Assembly: GCF_001194135.2 (NCBI RefSeq)
Contig: NC_068995.1
Span: forward strand, 29,190,443-29,248,459
Reading direction: 5' to 3'
From: Octopus bimaculoides
Lineage: Eukaryota
Length of the DNA: 58,017 nucleotides
The position numbers and the translations under genes were made by a program. Under the pieces are notes generated by a model. The model was not told the DNA's origin. It was given only the letters and a program-made list of their open reading frames with translations, and ran no database searches. This document shows positions 24,646-37,988 of the stretch, piece by piece (the first letter of the stretch is position 1; each line of letters opens with the position of its first letter).

Positions 24646-25569
24646 GTTCTATATCATTGAGTTTGGATTTTTAAAACTTGGGCTCAGGGATCAGCATATA
24701 ATAAGCAGAAAATTACTTTTCTCTAGTCACGGATAACACGACCTCCCCTAACTAGAATTTTGAATTTGTCCTAACATTACAAGCTTCTATTGAACCAGTG
24801 AAACATGGATCTGGTCTATGAGAGGAGGAAAATTGAACTGGAACGGTTTCAGAAAGTTTGATAGTAAACAACACATCTCAACTCATCCTCTCAATTTCAT
24901 AATTTACATGCCATGAGCTTAAGCTATGTAACGGATAGATTAGCAGCTATATGAAAATCTAAACTTACAAAGCAATAAATGAGACAACAGAATTATGCCG
25001 AAATATCAATATACGCAGTAGATAAGCTTGTATATATATATATATNNNNNNNNNNNNNNNNNNNNNNNNNNNNNNNNNNNNNNNNNNNNNNNNNNNNNNN
25101 NNNNNNNNNNNNNNNNNNNNNNNNNNNNNNNNNNNNNNNNNNNNNNNNNNNNNNNNNNNNNNNNNNNNNNNNNTGACAGGGTGTTAAAAACTTCATGTTA
25201 TTATAATTCATTATTTGTTTTTTCTTTATTTTTTTCTATATTTCGTCATAGATATAATTACTGAAGGGTTAGGAGTAAAAAAGGTGAATAAGTAGAGCAT
25301 TACCAAAAGTGAATAATTGAAGAATTTAGTTTCAAAGAAATCAAATCCACCGTAACATTTCGGATACTAATACATGCAGCCATACATACATGCATACATA
25401 CATAAATACACACATCCATACATGCATATATATATATATATATGTGTGTGTATATATATACACACAGAGAGGGAGGGAGAGAAAGAGAGAAGGAGAAAGA
25501 GAAAGAGAGTGAGGTAGAGAGAAGCAGACATAGAGAAATGGAAAAAGTGTGTGTGAGAGGGAGAGAGAG

Positions 25570-25648
<79 letters not shown>

Positions 25649-25799
25649 GGGGAAGACAGAGACGGAAATATTTTATGTGAAATTTTGTTATACACATTTA
25701 GTGAAAAGTTCCTCACTTAGACTAATTATGATGTATCCTGCGGAGTACTTATGTGTCTTATTACCGAGTGAGTATATATATGTATATGTATATATATAC

Positions 25800-25841
<42 letters not shown>

Positions 25842-25854
25842 ACACACACACACA

Positions 25855-25894
<40 letters not shown>

Positions 25895-25989
25895 TGTGTT
25901 TAAAGAATGAGACATGCATATCATACACGCATGAGAAAAAATACATAATGTAACGCTTAATGACCTGTTTGTTCACAACTAAAGACTCA

Positions 25990-26285
25990 GCTTCGATGTA
26001 ATACATTGACAATTGCCTTACGTCCCTGTACGTTCTGAGTTCAAATCCCGCCGAAGTCAGCTTGCACCACATTCTTTTCCACTAAAAGCACAAGTCCTGA
26101 AATTTTGGGAGAGGAAACTAATCGATTAAATCGAAGCCAGTGATTGAAAAGTACTTATTTTAACGACCCACTAAGGGGTGTAAGGTAAAGTCGACTTCGG
26201 TGCAGTTTGAACCCAAAACTAAAGACGGACGAGATACTGGTAAACATGTTGTACGGCATGCTAATGATTCTGCTAGCTCGTTTCG
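25990..26285 (-). mobile_element. SINE family B (diverged copy, with a partial opposite-strand piece at ~26020-26060)
   Basis: Contains family B motifs GTACTTATTTTAACGACC, AAAGTCGACTTCGG and TTTGAACCC. Confidence 0.55.
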
Positions 26286-26394
26286 ACAGAGCTTGCATCA
26301 TACTAACCCGCTATACATTCAGCTTTGTTTCGTGCAACAAACATGGGGACAATTTAATTCACATCTGATAATGCGTTAAATATTAATATATATC

Positions 26395-26900
26395 TCGATG
26401 ACTTCGGCCTGCATCCATTACCCTTTCGCCATGACACGACCGCCCCCCTACCCCCAACCCGACACCCCGCTCTGGATTACATAATTAAAAGGAGCCGCGA
26501 TACGGCTGGCTTCTCGTCTCAACTGGAGCCAGTAGGTCTAGACTGCTGGGATGGTAAGCACCCTAGCGGAATAACCATCTTCCCATACGAAAGAGGGACA
26601 CCTCTTCTGGGACACGACGTGCAGCGACACGTTCTCCGGCTCCAACCTTTACTACATTGGCTACAAACCCGAGTATCGCTGCCCGCAACGTAGAGAAGAG
26701 TAAAAATAAATAAATGCTGGAGCCTACTGGCCGCTATCAGTTTGTGCTGGTCGCCGTCGAGATGTCTCGGACCCTGCACTGCCGGTTTCCTCTGCAAAAT
26801 TGGGATAACTGCAGCCCGTTTGAGAAATGAGCCACGCGAGGTGGTGGGGCTGCTGTAGCGAGTGTTGCTGGCCATTCTCCACGTGAACGCCATGTCCGCC
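26395..26900 (+). mobile_element. CRE-clade RLE non-LTR retrotransposon C-terminal remnant
   Basis: DDFGLHP...YIIKRS..AGFSSQLEPVGLDCWDGKHPSGITIFPYERG..LFWDTTCSDTF, resembling the DGKRPDG...WD.T..DT motif. Confidence 0.7.
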
Positions 26901-27133
26901 GGGCGCTATAGAACACGCCGTTTGTTTTGGGATGTACTCCTCACCCATCTTCTATTGCTTAATCTCCCTCGTTTTTTTTGTTACTTTCTCATTGTTTCCT
27001 TATAATTAAATTGTGATTTAATATTTATGCAAATAAAACTAATTTCCATGCTGTTCCTATAAATAAAAGTTGCACATTAATCTATGAAAAAAGTTTCTTT
27101 ATTCTCATATATTTGTAGGTCATAAATTTATAT

Positions 27134-27534
27134 CAGTGCTTCTCAACCATTTTTTTTTTATCTATGGACCCCTTTGTTTACTATTTTATTCTGGTGGATC
27201 CCTATAGTCATTCAATGTTTGAAAACAAGTTTTATAGACGTTTCTTCCAAAATTCTTTTTTTTTTTCTTTTTATTTCCTCCATTCACTTGTGTAGGTTTG
27301 CAATAGCTTTATCTGAGAGAATATGTTTCAGTGACCAGAAAACATGCTGAATAATGTAAAACATTAGAGAAAGAAACTGAACTGTTTCATGCAATCAATA
27401 CATCTAAAGTAAAATATTTTCATGACCCTTAAAATGCAACCATGGATCTCCAATTTACGATTTTGTCTGCATGGACCCCCAAAAACCTTATACGGATCCT
27501 CAGAGGTCATACGGACCCCGGTTGAGAACCACTG
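27134..27534 (+). mobile_element. hAT (Charlie-like) MITE with TIRs and an 8-bp TSD
   Basis: TIRs are CAGTGCTTCTCAACC / GGTTGAGAACCACTG. Flanks are ATTTATAT / ATTTAGAT (7/8 match). Confidence 0.85.
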
Positions 27535-27724
27535 ATTTAGATAATCAATGATGTCGTCACAGGAATATGATAACCGTTATAACGTTACTGACTCATCGCA
27601 ATTGTAAAATCACGTGGATTAAAAACAAAATGTCGTTTGCATGTAACAATCCCGAGAAGAAAGGCTAATCAATTTTTGTTAAAATTTGTTTAATGCATGT
27701 CGCTCCTTCGGCATATTACAATCT

Positions 27725-28100
27725 TATAATCCTTTCTACTATTGGCAGAAGGCCTGAAATTTTGGAGAAGGCTAATCGATTACTTCGAGCCCAATGCTCA
27801 ACTGGTACTTATTTCATCGACCCCAAAAGGATGAAAGGAAAAGTTGACCTTGGCGGAATTTGAACTCAGAACGTAAAGACAAACGAAATACTGCTTAGCG
27901 TTTTGCCTAGCGTACTAACTCTGCCAGATCGCCGCCTTAAATTACAATTTAATAATGGCTTTAAATTGTATCACAGTACCAGCAATTCTTAAGGACGGGT
28001 GGTAAGTCGATTACATCGACTCCACTATTCAACTGGAACTTATTTTATTGATTGTAAGAGAATAAAGAGCAAAGCCGACCTCGGAGGAATTTGAACTCAG
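27725..28100 (-). mobile_element. Two head-to-tail SINE family B copies (27725-27940, and partial 27955-28100)
   Basis: Repeated GGTACTTATTT..ATCGACC...GGAATTTGAACTCAG motifs. Confidence 0.7.
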
Positions 28101-29569
28101 TCTCACTTTTTTCCTTTTCTATTTTCTCTCTTCATTCTTTCAACAATGACACACATTCCCTTAGCCATTATGGAGTATGACTACTGTGGACAAAAATACA
28201 AACTGACACTCGTTTATCAGATCTTTGCTAGTCAATCGAATGGTCAATGCCGGTCTAAGAATTATTTCGAATAGAGTTACGACTCCATTCGAATATACTG
28301 ATTGGCTTCATGTGCGTTATTTTAGCCCATCATAGACTAGTATTTTGTGATCCATTTGTTTGGCGATTTAAACGGAACATGTGACTGATTTTTGGCGATC
28401 TTTCACAGTCCTTTATTATATAGACAACACGAAGTAACGCAAAAAAACAGAATCAACCCTCGAATCAGACTGTAATAGATGTTGAAATAGATTTGGAACA
28501 TTTTGGCCACATCAATTTCTACAAGTTTAAAAATGCGTCTATATTTGTTTTCTTCAGTTTCTGTTTTATGATCCGCTGGTACTCATGTGAAACTACAATG
28601 AAACTTCGGTTGAAAAACAACTTCAAATTATTTCATTCGACATTGAACTTGCGCAGCAGATTTTAATCTGAGGTATGTCCTACTCGAGCGAACCCCAAAA
28701 TTGCCTTTTGTCTTTTCTCATAACTGATTTTGTTAATGCTTATCTTACAAAACAAATTATGTAACTGACTATGCAAATTACATAAATATTTACTAGTGTT
28801 TTCTACAACGTATTAATTAATCGACATATTAATATACATATGTACATTCATAAATACATTGATATAAAACTTGCTTTGATTGATGTTATATGCATATTAA
28901 AAAATGAAATATTCTGAAACCTGCTGTATCTCGTTTCCATGTCATGCATATACAATTATTACTGCATTATTCTGTAAGCCAAATCGGAAGAGGTATTTCT
29001 ATTTTGTTGGTACGTGGGAAATAAACAGAAAAAATATATATAAATCAGCGTAGCTGTTCTATCAAAAAGCATACTTTTAATTTCCTACATATGTTTCTAT
29101 CCTATTATTGCAAAGCATAAGCAGAAATCTAGAGAACAAAAAGAGAATTGAAAGAGAAGAATAAGAACACAAAGGAAAGAGGTTATTACTGGACATGATT
29201 ATTACTTTCAAAAAGCTAACAGATAAGTATTTATCAGCAGAAGCTGAATCATCTGCTCAAGAACAAATTGAAAACTAAAAGACTTCATTGTTAAACATAA
29301 ATCACCTACAATACCCAAGAGATCACACCTGTAAGTGAATAGAATACCACTAACTTAAACCCAAACTATAGAAAAGAACACTTCAATAACACATAGGATA
29401 AATTTGATATTGGAAATTTAATACAAAGTGCAGGAAACATTGAAAAATATATGCATAAACCCTGTCTCAAACATTTCTAAGCATCGTGAATATCTTTATT
29501 CAATGAACGGGAATTACAAAATAGAAATGTCTTAAAGATATCGGCCAGTGTAAAGTGACAAGAAACAAG

Positions 29570-30450
29570 CTATATTTTCTTTATTGTGTCAAATCTTTAG
29601 AAAAGGCTGAGTTAATGCCTTACCAAAGAGTTAGCTTTGGCAATATAGAATGGATTATCTATCAGAGAAGAACTGAGAAAATTGTGACAAATTTCCTAAA
29701 CATGACCGTACAAACCAATATAAATTGAATTGTCTTTCATGGAAAGAGCTCGAATAATGATTCGCCCAAGCAGATGCACTGAAGATTTTCTCCATAGACA
29801 AACTGATGTATAAGAGGCTAAGGAGTATTATTTTACACTGCCTAATTAACATTATTTCCTTTTTAGATAAAGGTTAGATGTGGCACCTCTTACTTTATTA
29901 ATTATGTTTACAGTGGTAACTTCCTTGAATTGGTTGAACTTGTATTTGACAAGGATTCCTATTTGAAACCATGTCGGGAATTATCAAAGAAATCTGGCGG
30001 GGGGGAGAAACATGCAGCTAATTCACTAAATGAATTGATGTCTTTTTGCCCTTACAATGTTTTGAAACACTTTCTGAAGGATCAGAAGCAAAATACTATT
30101 CAATAATAGTTGATGCAATGCTTGATTCTGCAATTATCAAATCGGGTACATTTATTATACATCATCTTCAATGTATGAATTGTGAGTTTATGATTCAAGA
30201 GAAATTTCTGAAATTTCTGTTTTGGAAACTGTTTGAGGAAAAAATGATCTAAAAAATATTCAGTGAGAAATATTGAGTAAAAATAACATTCTCTTGGAAG
30301 ATTGCTGAAGTCAAGGATTTGCCAACGACACCAATATGGCAGCTTAGTTCCTCGTTTACAAAGAATACCACTTAATGAAATTCTCTCGCTAATTTTGTCC
30401 ATATCGATGGCTCACGAATTTAGTAGAGTTCTGAAGTGAGTAGTTACCTT
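29570..30450 (+). pseudogene. hAT transposase remnant (DUF4371/ZMYM1-like group)
   Basis: SGNFLELVELVFDKD, EAKYYSIIVDAMLD...IQEKFLKF and ILLEDC*SQGFANDTNMA resemble AKYFSII.D.T.D / ERFL.F / DCRGQGYDN..NM. Confidence 0.65.
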
Positions 30451-30806
30451 TATCAAAACTAATAAAAATGTCCATATATTTTCTCATCAACCAATGGCAA
30501 TTCTTTTTCTGATAGACATAAGTAGTTAATAATTACATCGTATATTAACAATTCCGTAGTTATCTAGAATCGATAGTATAAAATCATTTGCATAAAACTG
30601 GTGGCAAAACATGTCTTTATCTGACCCATGGCCGTTTAGATTATGGGTGACTATAAGACCGTCATCCGTGTATATTCTTGTTTAATTGTTTGCGTATATA
30701 CGTTATGATGTATATATTTATCTTGATGTGAAGATATGTTTCTATATATTTATGTGTATGTAAGTATATGTATGTGTGTGTACGTGTATATATGTATGTG
30801 TATATG

Positions 30807-30854
<48 letters not shown>

Positions 30855-30952
30855 CGTATGTATGTATAAATAATACAGAATGGGACAAGAAAGCAAAACA
30901 TCCAGACAGGTGATACAAGAAAGGGACAAAACATACATATATATATATACAC

Positions 30953-31026
<74 letters not shown>

Positions 31027-31994
31027 ATGTATGTGTAAATATACTTATATATGTGGGCGTGTATTTGCGTGCATATTTATTTGTATATTTGTATGCGTGT
31101 CTATATGTATGTGTATTTGTGTGTATGTTTGTATTTATGTAGATATGCATGGTATTTTGTGAGTAAGTTTTTATGTGTACGTTTCGCAAGCTGAACGAAG
31201 TATCTAACTTCCGTTAGATACTTAATGGAACGCCATAATTTCACGTTCTCTACCTCTATGTATTCTTCCCTTTCTCTCTCTAATTTTCTGGGGTTTTTTC
31301 TTTCTTTTTCTTCCTCACCCCATTACTTGTTATTCTCTGATCTTTTACCTTTTCTTTCTTTCGCCTGTAACAACTACCTCGTATAGGTATACACCAGGAG
31401 ATATTGTGCACTTGCATGTTTATGCGTGCATACATATATATGCATTTGTATATATTTATGCTTTGCCTATATATGTCTGTATATGTATATAGCCATGTAC
31501 CTACGCCTGTAGGTATAGTGTACATACGTATATTATAGATTGTTTGGTATATGTATATATTGTTAAATGTATATGTAATCTAGCGTGAAAATTTTTTAAA
31601 CGGATATATCTTTTAATTTATTAATTTAATATTACGGAGATGTACTTGCATAGCAAGTAACTTGATCTAAGGTCGTGCTCTGGAACGAAAACAATTGCAG
31701 CATGGTAGGTGTTTATTAACCATAAAAAAACCCCACAAAAACCGTTAGATTCACTTCAACATTTAAATTTAATTTGCCAAAATATTTTCGTCGCTTTGAG
31801 ACCGTGACCTGTATGTATGTATGTATATATGCATATATGTGTGTATATGTATTTGCGTATTCATATGTGTACATGCGTATGCATGTGTGCATGCCTATAC
31901 GCATGTATGTACGCATGTATGTATGTATGTATGTATGTATGTATATATGAACTATGTACTTATGTATGTACGTGAGTATTTAGGTAAGTGTGTA

Positions 31995-32037
<43 letters not shown>

Positions 32038-32462
32038 ATGTGTATGTACATGTGAACGTATGTTTATGTACTGATATGTGTCTGTTTAAGTTGTATACAT
32101 GATTGCTACTTTTTTGAAGGTTGTATACACACACACATATGCATATAAATGCATATACATATATATATATATAGACACACACGCACGCACACACACATAT
32201 ATATATATATATGTGTATATATATGTGTCTGTGTGTGTGTGTGCGTGCGTGTGTGTGTGTGCGTGTGTGTGTGTGTGTGTGTGAGCGTTTGTCCCTCTCA
32301 CCACCGTTTAATGGTGAATGGATACAACGTCTTAGATACATATATGCAAATATAACCTTAGTTATATATATATACAAGTACACGCAATCATATAGACACT
32401 TATACACACTCACAAACATACGTATAATCTTAAATTATACACACATATACGCTTATCCATCT

Positions 32463-32513
<51 letters not shown>

Positions 32514-32514
<1 letters not shown>

Positions 32515-33318
32515 GTATAAGAAGGGATGACCACTAAATGGACATCCGATATGCTAGAAAGAGGTCATCAATGACCAAACTACAAAGAAAAATAATGTTC
32601 TCCAGAAAAAAATTCAGCAAACACCAGAACATAAGCGATCAAGACAAAATGAAAAATATACAGAATAAAGAATTAATTGTGTACCGGTTTCGCCATTAAC
32701 CTTTTTACTTACGTAGAAACGTCTGTGGTCTCTTCAGCACAATCGTTCTAAAATCAATATAATTTGCAGAACTATACACGAATTGTCTTCATAAAATTAG
32801 AATTGCGTACAGTTCTACCGATTACATTGGGGTTATTTTTCAAATGTCTCAGCTCTGGCGTGCTAAACTCCGGAAACAGTTCTGCACAGGATAATTCACT
32901 GCAGTATATGTTGCCGGCTAGAGAACATAATTACTTAATATTTATATACTGAGGGTGATAAATTGAATATTAATTCAATTAACATCAATTTAAAACCAAG
33001 TGGCCTAGCATATAAAAAAATCTGAATATTCAGAAAAATTGTATTACATGCGTATAAGAAGGGATGACCACTAAGTGGACATCCGATATGCTAGAAAGAG
33101 GTCATCAACGACCCAACCACAAAGAAAAATAATGTTCTCCAGAAAAAAAATCGGTCGTTGATGACCTCTTTCTAGTATATTGGATGTCCACTTAGTGATC
33201 ATCCCTTCTTATACGCATGTAATACACTTTCTCAGAATTTTCAGATTTTTTTATATGCTCAGCCACTTGTATTGATGTTAATTGAATTAATATTCAATTT
33301 ATCACTCTCAATATATAA
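32514..33318 (-). mobile_element. PLE/retrozyme-like insertion: ~537-bp monomer with a ~100-bp direct repeat plus a 5' inverted segment
   Basis: 32514-32612 matches 33051-33150 as a direct repeat. 33153-33318 is the reverse complement of ~32945-33115. A hammerhead lies at 32676-32743. Confidence 0.75.
32676..32743 (-). ncRNA. Type I hammerhead ribozyme, intact core
   Basis: AUUGUG-CUGAAGA-GACCA-(30 nt)-UGGC-GAA-ACCGGU-A^CACAAU. Stem I is 6 bp, stem II has one bulge, and stem III is the palindrome ACCGGU. Confidence 0.75.
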
Positions 33319-34424
33319 ANNNNNNNNNNNNNNNNNNNNNNNNNNNNNNNNNNNNNNNNNNNNNNNNNNNNNNNNNNNNNNNNNNNNNNNNNNNNNNNNN
33401 NNNNNNNNNNNNNNNNNNNNNNNNNNNNNNNNNNNNNNNNNNNNNNNNNNNNNNNNNNNNNNNNNNNNNNNNNNNNNNNNNNNNNNNNNNNNNNNNNNNN
33501 NNNNNNNNNNNNNNNNNNNNNNNNNNNNNNNNNNNNNNNNNNNNNNNNNNNNNNNNNNNNNNNNNNNNNNNNNNNNNNNNNNNNNNNNNNNNNNNNNNNN
33601 NNNNNNNNNNNNNNNNNNNNNNNNNNNNNNNNNNNNNNNNNNNNNNNNNNNNNNNNNNNNNNNNNNNNNNNNTATATATACATACATGTACATACCTACA
33701 TATATATGTATATATACATGCATGTATGGGTACGGTTAAAATTCAAATTTGCTTTTCTTTAATCTTTTTTTTACACACATATACATAAACAATACATACA
33801 TATATCTACATACATACTCATAGTGCATGCATCTACATACTCACACACACACATATACTCACACAAAACATACACACACCTATCAATCTATGTACACTGA
33901 TGCCGTTATATATAACTACATATATGTATTTTAGTATCATGCATCTCAACATGTATGGATTTCTACATGTAAATGAGAGAAAGGGGTGGTTATGGAGGGG
34001 TATTCCCGAGTGGAATCTGGGTGTTACCCCATTCGGATTTACGGTTGAGAGTGGGTTTGTATTCTTGTATACAGACAGTTTCAGTGACTTGTCTCAGCAT
34101 TGCATCATATTTAAAAAAAAAAACAAGTTTGAATTTTAATTGTTATCCACGAAAATAGTGACATATATATATATATGTATAGATGGATAAGCGTATATGT
34201 GCGTATACTTTAAGATTATACGTATATTTGTGAGTGTGTATAAGTGTCTATATGATTGTGTGTTCTTGTATATATACATAAGTAGGGTTATATTTGCATA
34301 TATGTATCTAAGACATTTTTAGAGAGGGAGAGAGAGAGAGAGCGAGAGAGAGAGAGAGAGAGAAAGAGAGAAAGAGAAAGATAGAGAGAGAGAGGGGGAG
34401 AGAGAGAGGTGTACATATATATAT

Positions 34425-34845
34425 AGACGCAGGAGTAGCTGTGTGGTAAGAAGCTTCCTTAACAGCCACTTTGTTCCGGGTTCAGTCCCACTGCGCGACA
34501 CCTTCGGCGAGTGTCTTCTACTATAGCCTCGGCCCGACCAAAGCCTAGTGAGTGGATTGGACAAGATGAAAACTGAAAAAAGTCCGTCGTATATATATAT
34601 ATATATATGTGTGTGGGTGTGTGTGGGTGTGTATGTGTGTGTGTGTGTGTGTGATTGTGTGTCTGTATTTCTCCCCCCCCCATCGCTTGACAACCGATGT
34701 CCCCGTAACCTATGGTTCGGCAAAAGAGACCGATAGAATAAATACTAGGCTTACAAAGAATAACTCCTGGGGTCGATTTGTTCGACTAAAGGTGGTGCTC
34801 CAGCATGGCCGCAGTCAAATGAATGAAACAAGTAAAAGAAATAAA
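34425..34845 (+). mobile_element. Composite SINE family A (near full length)
   Basis: GACGCAGGAGTAGCTGTGTGGTAAGAAG...GGGTTCAGTCCC, microsatellite, second module ending GAAACAAGTAAAAGA. Confidence 0.8.
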
Positions 34846-35326
34846 TATATATAGCTAGTTCTAAAATCTCTAAATGAGATATAAGAAGTAACAATACTAG
34901 ACGGTAACATTTTTTCTTGTTTTGCCACAATAACATGGCTGTTCTATAAAGAACAATGTTACTACATTTTAACTCCAGGAAAAGGTCTTTTCCGTCTGGT
35001 TAACGACACACAACTTGTGTCCGGTATGCTGCCAGCCTGGCAAGGCTAGTTGACCAGTAGCCATGTTAGTCTGTTTATATTTATATACACGTAGTTGTCC
35101 TTTCAGCTTTATAGCGCTTAAAATTGCGGATTAATTTGTTAATTAGTAGTTTAGCTTGATGATAAAGCACTTGGCCGGAGTCTTCAAAAGATGTAAGTTC
35201 GTTTCCCATGATTGTTTGTTGACAAATTCTTCTGCTTTGTCAGGTAATTTACCTAATATTTCTGCTGTTCTAACGGCGTTTCTGCGTTTGAAAATAAATA
35301 TCTTCTTATTTGTATATATACGATGC

Positions 35327-35405
<79 letters not shown>

Positions 35406-35885
35406 CAACACAGAAAATGTAATGGTATTTAAAATTTGTATAGTGTACACATCTTTGAGAAAACTTACAAATATTAATTATGAGTGCTGAAAGACCCATT
35501 TACGCATCTAGTCCTCTTCATCAGTATTATTTGCAATTATTAGGTATCTTTTGTTAATTATGCTGTTGAAGAGGGGCATGTCTTTCATATAGGCATACAT
35601 CAATCAGTATGTATGCCTATATAAAAGACATGCCCTCTTAGGTTTCTTTTTCCTTTTTTTTTTATAAATACCGATTAGGTTTTCTTTTTTTTTTATACGG
35701 CACGCAGATTCTGCTTATCTAGAGTTGTGCGGATTGTAAAACTACGTCGTGTATGATAATAGAGTGTGGATCTAATCTATTGCACCCAAATTATTTGATA
35801 ACTTGTTGCGTTTTTCAGTACCCTTTTTGGATAAAACATTATATATGCGTGTGTGTCTCTATGTCCATGTGTGTGTATGTGTGTG

Positions 35886-35934
<49 letters not shown>

Positions 35935-36127
35935 GCAAAATATCTATGCTAATGATGTGCACAGAAGAGAGTAAGGGGCTCCCTTAACAGACCATTTCGC
36001 AGTTGGTTGTCCGAGATTTATCTGATACTTAAATCAGTAGCATAGGTCAGCTTCTAATATATATTTATAACAGTAGCGCATACGCACACGCACTCACGCG
36101 CGCGCGCATACATACATACATAATACA

Positions 36128-36514
36128 TGTTGTTGTTGTTGGCACTCCGTCGCTTACGACGTCGAGGGTTCCAGTTGATCCGATCAACGGAACAGCCTGC
36201 TCGTGAAATGAACGTGCAAGTGGTTGAGCACTCCACAGACACGTGCACCCTTAACGTAGTTCTCGGGGATATTCAGCGTGACACAGTGTGACAAGGCTGG
36301 CCCTTTGAATTACAGGCACAACAGAAACAGGAAGTAAGAGTGAGAGAAAGTTGTGGTGGAAGAGTACAGCAGGGGTCGCCACCACCCCCTGCCGGAGCCT
36401 CGTGGAGCTTTAGGTGTTTTCGCTCAATAAACACTTACAACGCCCGGTCTGGGAATCGAAACCGCGATCCTATGACCACGAGTCCGCTGCCCTAACTACT
36501 GAGCCATTGCGCCT
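36128..36514 (-). mobile_element. Young tRNA-derived SINE (family C) with an (AAC)n tail
   Basis: Head is AGGCGCAATGGCTCAGTAGTTAGGGCAGCGGACTCGTGGTCATAGGATCGCGGTTTCGATTCCCAGACC (A and B boxes). It continues for ~300 nt, so it is not a tRNA gene. Confidence 0.8.
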
Positions 36515-37047
36515 CTACACATGCATGCATACATACATACATACATACATACATACACACATACATACATACATACAAAAGGAGAAAGCTTGACATATGT
36601 AATGCTATTATTTAATCTTTAAAATATTCAATAAAATATATAAAAAAAACGAATGGACATCATTTCAGTGCCAGATAAGCGAGAAAGTCTTCCTCAATAA
36701 CTCAGAAATGATAAAAACATAAAATGAACATAATGTTTTTGAAAAAATAAAAAGCGTAAACGGAATCAAAAGTGATATATGTAACGTTAAACAAACGACC
36801 TAAACCAAAGCTGCGCGAACAAAATTTCAAATGTTGGCTCAAGGCCAATAATTTAGGGAGAGAGGTTATATTGGTACCACTGTTCAAATGGTACATATCA
36901 TATCAATCCTAAAAGGATGAATGGCAAAGTCGAACTCGACGGAATTTGAACTCCGAATGTAAAGACCTTTAGCACAGCGTGCTAGCGATTCTGTCAGCTC
37001 GCCGTTCAACTACGAACATATATTAAAATAATTCATATATTCTTACA

Positions 37048-37988
37048 CTAGCTGATGTACCCGGTAATTCCTGGAGGTAAAGATGTTCTATTGAAACGCC
37101 TTATTACTCTGATATAAGAAAGCAATTTCGTTATAACTGCCACAAAAGGTGTATTTTCCGTCACGAAAAAGAACAAAAAACTGTCAGCTGGAGGAGAGAA
37201 AGATTGTCGGAGGTTGGTGAGAGAGGTTGTATAAATATATGAATGAAGTGTTTGAAGAAAGTGCAAACGTTCACACTCACTGATGGTCGCTCTCAGTAAC
37301 TGCCTATAGCTTACGGAGTTCTTGTTTTTATAACTATCGAAAAGCAGCCAGAAGGATAGACATAGTGTTGAGAACGAATGATTTCGTTGGAGGTCTGTTA
37401 TCGCCATTCTAGCCAGTGGTGGCCTAGAAGAGGTTAGAAGGGCCAAGCGGCAAAGACATTATTCTGCTTAGCGAAGGCAGCTGGGAAATGTATAACTGCT
37501 GTCATTCACAGAAAAATTATTGAAGTAGATAGAAGGATCCATTGCAGAAGCCCTATTATCGATTTTTTTCAACAATCTAAGTATGTTACGATGTTTCCAG
37601 ACATGAGTTCTACTCACGTGTCAAATAAAGTGATATTGTCTGTAAAATTTAGAAATTGGACACACAAAAAAAAATCAATATTCATAGTAATCGAACATAA
37701 ACAATGAAATGGATTATTTTCCTTGAGTGTTTAAAAAAAATATTATGCAGATGCTTTGGGTTATTTCCCTTGGGTGTTTAAAAAAATTTAGTTACATGAG
37801 GTAGATATAAAGGTCCCTTCCAGGGGCGGTATTAGCGATTTTTTCAACAATCTAAGTATGTCACGAGGTTTCCAGACATGAATTCTACTCACGAGTCAAG
37901 TTTGATCATAATCAATAAAACGATGTAGGAGGAGTTAGCTAACAACGCCACAAATAAACACACACCGATTTTCCACATATGTAGTAGA
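37048..37988 (-). mobile_element. Non-autonomous Helitron with internal duplications and a captured segment
   Basis: A|TCTACTAC ... CCAGGAATTACCGGG (hairpin) ...CTAG|T. A ~68-bp block is duplicated at ~37557 and ~37833. Confidence 0.6.

Noticed and set aside
28150-28760. Possible decayed DNA-transposon coding sequence
   Set aside because: No convincing catalytic motif or TIR was found by eye.
29230-29560. Possible Penelope endonuclease C-terminus
   Set aside because: The similarity is too weak and fragmentary.
36440-36514. tRNA-like sequence as a tRNA gene
   Set aside because: It continues into a ~300-nt body with an (AAC)n tail, so it is a SINE head. The same applies to ~8410-8476.
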